A stretch of DNA of 63,682 nt, the filler included, from Octopus bimaculoides (Eukaryota), in assembly GCF_001194135.2 (NCBI RefSeq). It is 4 parts of 3 records of this genome, joined end to end, with 100 filler letters (N's around TTAATTAATTAA, not from the genome) between each part and the next. Parts side by side here need not be neighbours in the genome. Positions count along the whole stretch, not along the records: positions 1 to 28,320 come from NC_068999.1; 3 more parts are not named here. One strand, 5' to 3'. Positions 14,676-26,526 of this stretch are shown one piece after another. Every line of letters begins with the position of its first letter. Within the stretch, counting starts at the first letter, position 1. A program made the position numbers and the translations under genes. The notes under the pieces were generated by a model that saw only the letters and a list, made by a program, of their open reading frames with translations, was not told the origin of the DNA and ran no database searches.

Positions 14676-16362
14676 GAGACAGAAACGATAGAGAAATGGA
14701 GAGAAAGAGATTGACGGAGAGAAGAAAATATAATGCATGTGGAAAACATTTGAGTGCACAGTCACCTATGAAACATGCTTTCTTGAAGGAAAAACGAGAA
14801 GAGAAATGGATTTTATGCTACACTCAACAGGAGATTCAATAATGCCTCGATATACGAATTAATTTGTTCCCGGAGAACGTATGTAAAGCGAAAACTCGTA
14901 AAGCAGTCCAATAATTTCCCATAGTAGCAGTGTTATGAATCGTAATTCGCTCCTAGAAAAATATTTTATTTGTGAAATTTATAATACTCGTAACTAAATA
15001 GCAATAAAACACAGCAGAATATAGACAATGTTTTATGTACAGTAAAAGGATTGTGAAAATAATTCATAATAAAAAACTATTATTATTATAATCGTTTTCT
15101 GATTCACTTTCACTCGCTCTAGACTCGTGCACACCATCTCACTTGAAGACATGATCACCGATTCACAAGCACTCGTAGACGGACATGAATATTTCTTTTT
15201 AAAAATCAAGTCGAGTTTTGTTGTGTTTGGGGAGAGTCATACTACCTTAATATCTAACACATTCACCAGTTCAACACTAAATGATTCTCGGTCGTAACTC
15301 TTTGGAGTAAATGTATGTGTGGGAATGTATATCTCTTTCTGTGTTTGTATGTCCTTCTGTGTATTTGTGTGTTAAAATGTACGTCTATGTGTGTACTGTG
15401 TGCGATAGTTTGTTTTTCTACACATTGTATGTGTGAATGTGTCGTGTGCTTATGATGTTTTGCATGCATGTTGCGAACAAGCACGCGAGTATATGTATGT
15501 ATGCCTGTATGTATTGTGAGCGTATGTTTATACGAATGTGTGTATGCGTGTGCGAGCACGTCTTTGTGTATGTTTGACTTTATAAATGTACACAAACACA
15601 CACACTTTTACATACGTTATATCTCAGTTCACATTGTGCTTACCTCTTAGCATATGTATATTTGTTTCTGTATGTGTGTATCTGTGCGTCCTTTTGTATT
15701 TTTGTGTGTGCATATGTACATCTGTATTGAATGAATGTAGAGGGTATAATTATTTGTACATATGTGCGTATGTGTGATTGTTTTTTTTTTCCGTAGATTT
15801 GCTTGTGCTTGAGTGTGTCTGTGTTTGTTTGAGCGTATTATATTTCACACACACACATCCCTCAACAATCATTCTTATTTGTTTTGTCTTATCTAGGGTT
15901 CCCTCAACGAAAATTATTCAACACAAAAACAACAGAATCAAACATAGCATTGACTTATAGCATTATGAAACGATGCTGTTCGCTATACTGCCAATGTGTA
16001 ACTATTTTAATGGACCAATTAGGGAAAATATAGCCTTTAGACTATATTATGAGTCATCAGACGTATATTGATCTATTGATTTTCCTGCGTTTCTTTCTTC
16101 CTTTATTCACCGTGTTCTCTGTTTTGCTGAATAAGATAAGAGTTCATAGTCTTAAGACATAAATGTTTTTGTTTATATATTCATTTACTTTTTTTATTTA
16201 TATATGAACGATTCTTCTCCATATCATTACAGCTGACTGTTAGGGTGTTATTGGTTTTGTTATTACTGTTGCTATTTTTTCTTGATGTTCTAGTGTTGCT
16301 AATACTACTGATGCCTCTACGACGTCTATTTCAGCTGAATTAAAGTAACATTATTAGTATTT

Positions 16363-16654
16363 GCTGTATAGTAAGAAGCTTGCTTCCCAACCACATGGTT
16401 CCAGGTTAAGTCCCACTGCGTAGTACCTTGGGCAATTGAACAAGTGCCTTCTACTATAGCCTCGAGCTGACCAAAGCCTTCTGAGTGAATTTGATAGACG
16501 GAAGCTGAAAGAAGCCCGTTGTATATATATACATACACACATTCTTTGGCTTACAAAGAATAAGTCATTGGTTCGATTTGTACGATTAAAGGCTGTGCTC
16601 CCAGCATGGCCGCAGTGAACTAGCTGAATCAACTAAAAGAATAAAAGAATATAT
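16363..16654 (+). mobile_element. SINE family A copy with shortened middle
   Basis: GTAAGAAGCTTGCTTCCCAACCACATGGTTCCAGGTTAAGTCCCACTGCG head and GTGCTCCCAGCATGGCCGCAG...AAAAGAATAAAAG tail. Confidence 0.85.
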
Positions 16655-16854
16655 NNNNNNNNNNNNNNNNNNNNNNNNNNNNNNNNNNNNNNNNNNNNNN
16701 NNNNNNNNNNNNNNNNNNNNNNNNNNNNNNNNNNNNNNNNNNNNNNNNNNNNNNNNNNNNNNNNNNNNNNNNNNNNNNNNNNNNNNNNNNNNNNNNNNNN
16801 NNNNNNNTATATATATATATATTTATATATATTTGAATGTATTATGGAGAGAGC

Positions 16855-17430
16855 ATGTCGATTATATCGACAGCACTACTCGACTGGTAATTTAATTTAT
16901 CTATTCGACAGGATAGAAAACAAAGTTGAGAGAAGAGGGATCTGAGCTAAAAAAAAAACACACGAAAAAAAAGAAAGAAAAAAATGCCGGTAAACATTTT
17001 GTCCGACGCACTAACCATTCTGACACCGCACCGTCTAAATACCATTAGCAACAGCAACAAGAATATTAATGATAACAGTTTAAAATGTTGGATGAAGTTC
17101 AACATTTTTTGAAACGGGAGAATAAATCGATTATATCGATTGTGACTTTCAATTCATACTTCGTTTATGAATCCCGAATAAATGACAAGTAAAGACGACT
17201 TCAGCAGATTTCACGCTCAATAACAGTAACAATTTCAAACCTTGGCGCAGGGCCGGAGATTTCGACTAAGTCGATAACATAGGCCCCAGTGCTCATCTAA
17301 TACTTATTCCATCGGACTCCGAAAAGATGAAAGACAAAGTCGACCTAGACAGAATTTGAACTCAGCAGGTAAACGCAGATGAAATGCCGCTAAGCGTTTT
17401 GGCTGGTGTGCTAATGATTCTACCAGCTCA
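16855..17430 (-). mobile_element. Three adjacent decayed SINE family B copies (about 16855-17037, 17120-17220, 17232-17430)
   Basis: Each carries the (G/A)TCGATTATATCGA-type core. The third retains AAAGTCGACCT...GAATTTGAACTCAG...GTGCTAATGATTCTACCAGCTC. Confidence 0.65.
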
Positions 17431-17471
17431 TCAATCTAACAACAGCAGCAACAACAACAACGGCGGTGATG

Positions 17472-17472
<1 letters not shown>

Positions 17473-17529
<57 letters not shown>

Positions 17530-18690
17530 TAATTTCATTTATTTGCCTCGGTGGTGAAGGATGACGGGCCAATACAAGACAGACAGAAAGAGACATCATG
17601 AAATAAAAGATAAGGCAATATTTAAAAAAGTAAAAAAGCGTATGCAGTGAAAAGGAAGGAATATATACTCATTATAGAAAGGTAAACAAAAATAGAACAA
17701 GCTGGAGGCTGTCGGCTGGGGGGCTGATAGATATATATTCTTCCTGATATAGAATAACCTCTAGGGATAATCGACGAACCCTAATGTCCAAGATCTCCCT
17801 GAACACCAAGAGCAAATGCCCTCTCTAATTCCATTTCGCCGTCTACAGTCAGAGTGGTACCATCCCCTTTTGTCATATTGGTAACTCCCCCACCTGTCAA
17901 TAAACTCACCCGAGGATAGCACTTCCCACTGCATCCTCAATTTCTTTTTTCTTTCATGCCTTTCAGTCTCGTCCACCAGACAACCTCTTTCTTCACAGCC
18001 ATCAGACTAAAGAAAACTGCCTTGCCTGTCCGATTAAAAGTGGGCGGCGGTGCAATCATCACTATGGACTCGGCCGATAGATGGATCCGTCCTACACGTC
18101 ACACATCTGTCCGACATCACCCCACAAATCAGCAATGTCCGGACACTGAACGAATGTGTACAGAACGCTTTCGACTCACTGCGCGCATCCCGGACAAGCC
18201 CGTCTGATAGGACATCTGTATCTGTAGAGTTTATCTCAAACTGGTAGCATCCCTCATTAGTACTACCAGACCAAGGACATCTGGAAATTTGCAATGAGAG
18301 TTCCCGTCGGGAAAAACCTCCAGAAAGACCGGCCGGTTTTTTTCCCTCGATACCTAGTCTCCCCGAGAATGTCTCAACACTTGCTCGTAGCTAATCCTAT
18401 ATAAATTGTTAAAGCCGAACATCCACCGTTCCCATTGCCCGACTGGTAGAGTTTTGTGAGCACCTGACCACATACTAAGTGCTAGGCACCCAGTCTTGGT
18501 CTTTTGTTCACTCAGGACTGCAGCTGCGTCAAGGAGACGAGCAGTGGAAAAACGTACCTCACAAACGGATCCCACACACGTTCAACGTCCATAAATCGTT
18601 GCAGGAAGCGTAAGTTAAGAGCGTGCCTGCGAGTCACAAGCAATGCATACCTAGTCGGCCACTTAGGAGGCACTGGTAGAAGGCTGACCG
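17473..18690 (-). mobile_element. 5'-truncated Tx1/L1-clade LINE relic (ORF2 C-terminus, 3' UTR and (ATT)n tail)
   Basis: Minus-strand frames give RRHALNLRFLQRFMDVERVWDPFVRYVFPLLVSLTQLQS, a CPGCAQ*VESVLYTFVQCPDIADLW zinc-finger remnant and KLRMQWEVLSSGEFIDRW. The 3' end GGCAAATAAATGAAATT runs into (ATT)n. Homologous to 59333-59880. Confidence 0.8.
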
Positions 18691-18870
18691 CCTGATCATT
18701 GGAACGCAAGTGTTTGGTGTGTTTGCGTCCTTGTAACTTAACGGTTCGGCAAAAGATAGTGATAGAATAAGTACTAAGCTTATAAAGAATAAGTACTTGG
18801 GTCGATTTGTTCGACCAAAGGTGGTGCTCCAGCATTGCTGCAGTCAAATGACTGAAACACGCAAAAGAAA
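18690..18870 (+). mobile_element. SINE family A, 3' half
   Basis: GGTGTGTTTGCGTCCTTGTAACTTAACGGTTCGGCAAAAG...GGTGCTCCAGCATTGCTGCAGTCAAATGACTGAAAC matches the 3' half of 55550-55928. Confidence 0.85.
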
Positions 18871-19227
18871 ACTTTCACCTACGACGGGGAAATCGATGTT
18901 GTACGATTAGATTTACCCCTGTATTTCGGCATTCTTCTGAAAGAGACCACCGATCTCTCCAGGTTCTTGCGTACGAAGCTTTCATAAAATTAGGTCTTCC
19001 TTTTTTTTAAATTTGAAATTCTTTTCTAAATTATACTTCAAGAACTAAGCAACAGCCTGCCTCGTAGAGAAAAGCTATATCCGCAAGAATTTCATTGTCG
19101 TCCGTCATACAACTTCTTTATAGCCACAAGACATCGGAACATGTCCTACTTTGGTTCGTCATTCGTCTTGTGTCCGTGCATCCTTTCTAAAGTTTCAGTA
19201 GCTGGCGGGTCCTTTAAAACCTAAGAG

Positions 19228-19450
19228 GTACTCTGGCAGAATCATTAGCATACCGGACAAAATGCTTAGTGACATCACTTCTGTCTTAACTTTCTGAATT
19301 CAAATCCTTTACCATTCATCACTTTGGGGTTCAGGAGGTAAATAACTTTTTCTCCCGTAAGCATATGCTGTCCAATTTTCAGGGAATGTACGCCTATTAC
19401 ATCGACACCAGTGTACAATTGGTACTGACCAGTTGTACCCTGGGATCGAC
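19228..19450 (+). mobile_element. Fragmented SINE family B copy ending in a fold-back of its core
   Basis: Head CTGGCAGAATCATTAGCATACCGGACAAAATGCTTAG...GAATTCAAATCC. The core fragment ATCGACACCAGTGTACAATTGGT is followed by its own inverted copy. Confidence 0.6.
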
Positions 19451-21767
19451 GTTACTGAATTGTCTATCCCACCAAAACTGTGTACCTATAGTACAACATG
19501 ATTATTTTACATTACTATCCGGTTCTCATCTTCCAGATTCGTTAGCACCTCTGAAAAATATATTTAGTTGCATTTCCTCCAGTACTTTGTTCTCAGTTCA
19601 AATTCCACCGTTGTCGGTCGTACCATTCATCTGTTCAAGGTCAATTAGATAAGCATTTACTGAACCATGAGGTCGATGAAATAATTATCTATTAAATATT
19701 ATGCTAGTGGCAACTATTTGTTTTATTTTGTATGTTATATTTTCGACGACTTCTTTACCGTTTTGCATGTATTGCAAAAAGACAATGAAGTTTGACTGAT
19801 GAACAATTGCATCAGACTATAATTTAGTATTTTGTTTTGTTCTGAAAGCATTTATGTTTTTGTTTTAATATTCCATTTGTCTCCCTAAGTAGATAATGAT
19901 GTAGCCAACGCGTTGATAATAGGACCCTTACGTTACCAGTCGGCAATACTAAACAAACATTTGCTGCAATAAAACATGACGACGTTGCATAACAAAGAAA
20001 TCATTCAAATAGCTATATAACTGTAGACACTTCTAAACAGTGCGGAAAGCCATTTTACAAGTACTCTTCCATCAATGATTTGCGCAAGCAGCTTTCACTT
20101 GAGGGTAAATACTCATAGCAAGGGGTGGGAAAAGAACATAAATTTAACTACCATGGTTGGATGACAGCACTCATTGAACGCTTTATCAAATATTTTCTAT
20201 AGCATTGTGATGCTTTATGTTTGGAAGCTTCGGTTAGTCATACCGAATATTCTCAAATATTTACCACTCAAGTATTTGATGGTAAAATCCAACTTTTGTA
20301 CTGCTCTTTTCAGAGGAATCTATGCAAACACATACAAAATAGTTTACGTAGAATCTAACATTTATATCGCTAACATTAGAAGGTTCACCGAGGGTAACTA
20401 TGCCCTCGTCACTGAAGAACTCCAAAATTATGACAACCAACAAACATTTACCCATACATCTAAAATGAAACGTGAGTTATAAATTATCAACGTTAAAACG
20501 ACAAAATCTTGTGGTTAGTTTAAGAATTTGATTTGGAAGCTCTTTTTCGCCTTTAATCTTGTCGGTTCATTAGAATGATTTCATTCAAAGCTTTCTTTGA
20601 CAAAGCGGATAGAAAATCGTTAGTGATATGGAAATATTTGTGTGAGAATTCAAGGTCCCCATCTCCCACGAGTAATATTCACACAGTGCTTAGATACAGG
20701 TACGCTCGTCAAGGCTGATTCAGAAAAAATAACCGTAAGAACTGAATCAGATACCACAAATGTATTTCCAATTCTCAGATTTACGGCAATCAGATTATCC
20801 ACAGGGACCTAATTTTATCGCCTTAGAAAGATGAATGAACAATTTGACTTTGACTGTTTGTAAACTGTGACAATACAGTGTCGGTATAGCCCACACTTTT
20901 TTCTATCAAGCACAAAATTTCAATCAAAATATTTAGAGCTTTAAAAGCACATATTATCCTATTTACGTTGAACTGATTAGAAGTAAACCACAGCAAGTTC
21001 ATTTTGATGTGATTTGATCTCTCAGTGTGAATAGTTGTGTTTAACACCGCTAGGAAGCTTGTCTTGCGGTCATTCGATTCTGCAAATCAAGCACTGATGT
21101 TGCCGATACGATCAACTATAGCGTTTTGCTGTGCGGAGTAGAAATCAATATCATAGCTTAACAGGAGAGTAGTTTATGTTTATATCAGAAAACCAAATGC
21201 CTCATGGTATCAAAAAAGTTCCGATGACCCCTTTTTAAACTCAAAAGTGACATGCTGCCTGCAAAGGTTGTCTTTAATTTTAGTATTATGAATCTGATAA
21301 TGTAAGGAAGAGTAAAATGCCGGATCGATTTAATCGAAACTGTCCCTATCAAAATGTACGTCCTTGCGACAATAAAAGAAATCAATACTACACCACGTTC
21401 AATATATTTTTCCTTTGTTTTACGCTACTTTCACATCAAATTATCTTCGAGAAATCAATAAACTGAAATTAATTGTCTCTTACACAGTCATAGATCCTAA
21501 GATTTTCTTTTAATAGAATGAGTCAGAAAAAGCTTGTGATATTTATAATCTTTGCTGTTATATTGATTTTTTTTTATATTGGCACAAGTCCTCGATTGTT
21601 GTATCAAGGTAAATTCCATGAAATGCCCCAGTATTTGATTGGAATTTTGTTTTATCGATTCCCGTTGGTGGGTGGAACTGCAAAATCGAATTCAGTGAGA
21701 ATTTAGATCGTAGAGAATGCCAGTAGTGTAAAGAGATACATTTTTGGGAATGTTCTAAATATTCTAA

Positions 21768-21798
<31 letters not shown>

Positions 21799-22014
21799 NN
21801 NNNNNNNNNNNNNNNNNNNNNNNNNNNNNNNNNNNNNNNNNNNNNNNNNNNNNNNNNNNNNNNNNNNNNNNNNNNNNNNNNNNNNNNNNNNNNNNNNNNN
21901 NNNNNNNNNNNNNNNNNNNNNNNNNNNNNNNNNNNNNNNNNNNNNNNNNNNNNNNNNNNNNNNNNNNNNNNNNNNNNNNNNNNNNNNNNNNTATATAAGT
22001 TCCTCACACATAAA

Positions 22015-22402
22015 TTCTTTTATTTTGCTACTTGTTTAAGTCATTTGACTGCAGCCATGTTGGAGCACCGCCTTAAAGTGTTTTAGCTCAAGAAATCAAC
22101 CCCGGGATTTATTATTTGTAAGCCTGTTACATATTTTATCGGTCACTTTGCCGAACCACTATGTTACGGGGACGTAAACAAACTCACATCAGTTGCCAAG
22201 TGATGTGGGGGACATACAGAGATATAAAGAAACACATAAATATCTAGTTATATATATATATTAGATGGGTTTCTTTCAGTTTCCGTCCACCAAATGAATT
22301 CAAAATTTTTGGTCACCCCGAGGCTATAGCAAAAGACTCTTGTACAAGATGGTATACAGTGGGACTGAACCGAGAGTTATGTTGTTGGGAAACAAGTTTC
22401 TT
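22015..22402 (-). mobile_element. SINE family A copy, near full length
   Basis: The plus strand shows CAGTGGGACTGAACC, GGCTATAGCAAAAGAC, CGGGGACGTAAACA and CAGTCATTTGACTGCAGCCATGTTGGAGCACCGCC-like segments, which is the reverse complement of family A. Confidence 0.85.
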
Positions 22403-22974
22403 GAAGTTTAAAACAAGCTAAAATAAATAACAATTTCTAGACTAAACATTGCTAGGGGCTAGGGTTTTACGTAAATCTACAAAACATTATACGCAATACT
22501 TAAGTAATTGTGCTGGGTCACCGATATTAGGCGAATGGGAAGAAATATGGAGTAAAATTTTTCTAAGACTTAGCAGAAGGGAATGCTTATGAGCTCTGCG
22601 ACAGATGTTAGGAAGGGAGTAAATTGTCTAAGGGATCATAAATCTTAACGAGTACATTTGATGTGCCACATGGGAGTATTAAATTATGAGATTGTTTATG
22701 TCTACCATGCAAGAAGGGCATCGGTTCCTACAATGGATGGTACATAGAGAGTTCCTTTGTGTCTACCAAATTTCATTAACAAGCCTTTGATTCGCCCGAA
22801 ATTTAAATTATCTATCGCTGGCAGAAAATTAAATAAAATAGATGAACTATACAGAATACTACAATAAAATTTAGAGATAACAGGGAAAAAAAATGTGTTT
22901 CAGCCTTTTAAACATACTTCGAATAAACAATCACCCTGACATTAAACACACTGAACAAATATTTCAATAACAAT

Positions 22975-23745
22975 ATTGATGATGATTGAGATACTGCTAC
23001 CATTACTGCTGCCACTGCTGCCCTGATGATGATGATGATGACGACGATGACGATAATGATGATGGTGGTGGTCGTGATAATGATTCGATATTGGTTGCAA
23101 CCGAGACTGATAATTACAACGATGATGAGGTTATTACATAATAGGTTCATGAAAGATATCGATGGCGACGTGCGGGTTAAACAATGATTTGTGTACAACA
23201 ATTGTGATGGTAAGGATTACGTTGATAGTGGAGGTAGCGATGATGATAGTGGTGGCGTTAGTAGAGGCGCAGATGATAAGATTTGTGGTAATTATGATGA
23301 TGCTCATGTTACCGACGATGGTTTTAGATATTATGCGACTGATTGCTTGAGGGTGATGATAAAAACAACGACAGAAATGTCGGCAACGACGACGACGACG
23401 GCGATGATGATGATGATGGTAAGGAGAAGGATGATTATGTTGATGATAGTGATTATGATGATACAGATGATGAGGAGTAGGAAAATGATAAAGAACGTGG
23501 TAATGGTGCCGATAATAAATATGTTAATGGTGTTGATAATAGATTTGATGTTGATGATGATGTTGATCATGAAAATAATAATAATAAGAAGAACGATGAA
23601 TATTATGATGATGAAGGTATTGCTGGTGGCGGTGATGGTGATGATAAGAATGATAACGATCTCACCAATGGAAACAAAAAAATGTACAGACATATATAAA
23701 AGATTAACAAACGACATTTTTGGAGAGAAATCTGAACAATGATGT
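22975..23745. repeat. Long decayed (GAT/GGT/AAT)n low-complexity tract
   Basis: Cryptic trinucleotide periodicity over about 770 bp. It produces the M/I-rich ORFs of 183 and 170 aa. Confidence 0.9.
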
Positions 23746-24438
23746 GTGGTAAAAAAAAAAAAAAAAAAAAACATTACAAAGCTAAAAATAAAAAAAATAA
23801 AAATAATATTATGAAGGACACATACAAAAAGAAATTGTTTCAAATTTCAAAATGTTTCGGAAACCATTTGTTCTTTCAATGAAACAGTAGAACAACTTTC
23901 GATTTATTGATCCTAGCTCGGGTTTCACTGCAGTTTGTAGCGTTTAAAACTTTCAACAAAATGCCACGAAGTCTGTGAATATAATATGTAAACAATGCAA
24001 AAGCAGCTATCTCGACTGCATAATGTTCTGACACATTATTTCTCATTTCGATGATAGTTTCCTGAGTGCCTCAATCGTCTGAGCGCTTTTCTCCGCCATT
24101 TCCATAAACGTTATGTCATTGAAAGAATAAATACCCTCCACCGGAAACGAAACGTTATTTATTTTTTACTGCAAACATTTTAGTTTTTAGTTGTTGCCAG
24201 AGGGATCTGGCCATGCTGTGGCCAAATACTATCAAAGGCATATTTTCAATAAATGTAAACTGATGTATTCGCTATTCAATATTACAGCTGAAGAATATTG
24301 ATATTATTCAGATGATAACATTTTCACATATGTACATAAACTACAGATGGAAGTAGAAAAATGATTGTACCCCCCAACTTTTAGGTTATTGGAGATAGAA
24401 CTAGGAAGGGGATAACAACAACAACAATTACTACTAAA

Positions 24439-24488
<50 letters not shown>

Positions 24489-24559
24489 AGCATGGGTAGG
24501 GAAACTAAGAAGGTAATGGTTACGTGTGGGTGACCTCATATTAGAAGTAGCGTAACAAT

Positions 24560-25710
24560 ACTTTCTTTACTCGGGAAGGAAGTTGGACGTGGGTAAAATT
24601 GTGAAGGAGATTAAATATTTGCGTGCCTATCAGAGGAATAGGAATTATAGAATGTTGCAGACTGCACCAAAGGAGAAAGTGATCAGTGACAATTGTGAGA
24701 AACTCCGATATAATTTGAGAACTGTTATGTCTGAAGCTACTACTATCTAGCACCTTCGGATGATCGCTACTCAACCGCTACATAACTGCTACTCGACTGC
24801 TACTCAACTGCTACTCAACACACCTACCACGGCCAGACAACCTCTATTTATATGTCTTGGGAGATCCTACTTCTTCGCCTGGGGGCGTCGACACAACAGG
24901 AACTAATAGGGAAAAGTTCAAAAACTGGCATGAGAAAGATATGGATAGATCGTCTAACAAACATCAGTTGAAGCTGAAGAAGAATTCTGGGAAAATGTTT
25001 TTTTTAAGAAAGAGTGAGAAAGATTGATACTTGCTGCTCAAGAACAACTTTCCAAAAAAATTCCTATCAAGTGTAGCATCGATAAGACAGCGGTATCACT
25101 TCTGCGTAGACCATGTGAAAAATCATCTGATGCATACATGTAATTAGTGATTATTCAAACGGGCCCAAACGGTGTACAAAAACGCCATGACAAACAGACG
25201 GTGCAAATGCATTGGCCGTTGTACAAGAAGTGTGCACTAGCTTGAATTTTCCAAATTTCCTGGTGGCAGAGAAGCATCATGGGTGAAACTCACATAGGAT
25301 ATGCCAATTCTACTTCAGATAAGAAGCTGCAACATAACCGACCAAATATTACTCTGCTATGGAAGGAGCCAGAAGTAGAGACATTCATCGACGTAAATAT
25401 GGTTGCAGACCCAACATATTATAAAGGCGGTGTGCGGGAATGTGGCAATGTACCAAGACTTAGCATTGGAAACGAAACATATCCTTATAGCGTGGTCCCG
25501 GTTGCAATTGGTGCAATTGGGTCCATCACAAAGACAGCAACATTCTGGCATCAAAAGCTGCAAATATCAAACATCGTAGGAAGCATTCAATTGGCGGCAG
25601 TACTTGGAACATCTTAGGTGTTGCGAAAAGTGTTGCGTCTCTAAGCTGCGGGATGGAACCGAAAGGTGACATAGATAACTCAGGAGAAGATAAGATAATA
25701 AAATAAATAA
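24560..25710 (+). mobile_element. Decayed R4/Dong-type non-LTR retrotransposon (RT C-terminus, CCHC region, restriction-like endonuclease)
   Basis: Translations include SGRKLDVGKIVKEIKYLRAYQRNRNYRMLQTAPKEKVISDNCEKL, LILAAQEQ, KRHDK, HNRPNITL...TFIDV (PD-(D/E)xK remnant), VVPVAIGAIGSI and IQLAAVLGTS*VLRKVLRL*. It is interrupted by stops, frameshifts and an insert of about 175 bp. Confidence 0.85.
24766..24820. repeat. 11-bp minisatellite x5 (GCTACTCAACT-like)
   Basis: GCTACTCAACC GCTACATAACT GCTACTCGACT GCTACTCAACT GCTACTCAACA. Confidence 0.95.
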
Positions 25711-25761
25711 TGATGGCTTTAAATACTGGCACAAGACATGCAGTTTCGAAGGAGGAGGCAA

Positions 25762-25885
25762 AGTCGATTAGCGCTCAAATTGTACTTAATTTATCGTCGC
25801 CAGATTGATTGAAGGTAAAGTGGAACACGGTGGAATTTGAACTCAGACTGTAAATGTCGCCCGACGTGCTAACGGTTCTGCCAGT
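25762..25885 (-). mobile_element. SINE family B copy, internally shortened
   Basis: AAGTCGATTAG...GTACTTAATTTATC...GGAATTTGAACTCAG...CGTGCTAACGGTTCTGCCAG. Confidence 0.75.
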
Positions 25886-26526
25886 GGTGATGATGATGAT
25901 GATGATGATGATGACGATTTAATAATAATAATGCCTGGAAATATCGGGGTGGGATGTTAGTCGATTAAATCTAGTTCACTCGTTCGATTGATATTTTATG
26001 GTATTAACATTGATCGATGAGAGGCGAACTTGGCTTTCGGTGGTATGATTTGAGAAGCCTTTAGAAGAACAGCTGAGCGTTGACTGATATATTTGGTAGT
26101 CAGTGGTATCACGAAACTGTGGTTTTGCTTTAGTGGTCTTAGGTAAAAAGATCTCTCTGTTTTAGGTAGTGCATCTTGCATGTTTTCACACATTTTGTAC
26201 TTTATGTATAATTGGTATAACATTTCTCACACACCTCTTCCTTTCTTACCTTGTTATGCACACCTCTCATCTGACGCACTTCTTGCAAATAAGAGAAACC
26301 ATCATCATCAAAATCATGATCAACATGAAGATCATCGTTTAATTTGTCACCTAATTCTTTCAGATGTTTTTATACAAACAGACTGTTTTACATACCATTT
26401 CCCTTCATCAAAATTAACGTAATATCTTAAGTGTTAGTTATCTTCCCCTTTCCTTCTTGATGAAACATCGTAAGCTGTCATCAAACGTTCTCCTGTCGGA
26501 AATTTATCCCGTAAAATGTGTTCATA

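Noticed and set aside
20174-20482. 102-aa ORF containing a possible AG...GT-bounded segment (GIYANTYKIVYVESNIYIANIRRFTE)
   Set aside because: It has no recognisable motif, the donor is weak, and its length is attainable by chance in 63 kb.
23191-23843. 183-aa and 170-aa M/I-rich ORFs resembling membrane proteins
   Set aside because: They come from a decayed trinucleotide repeat tract.
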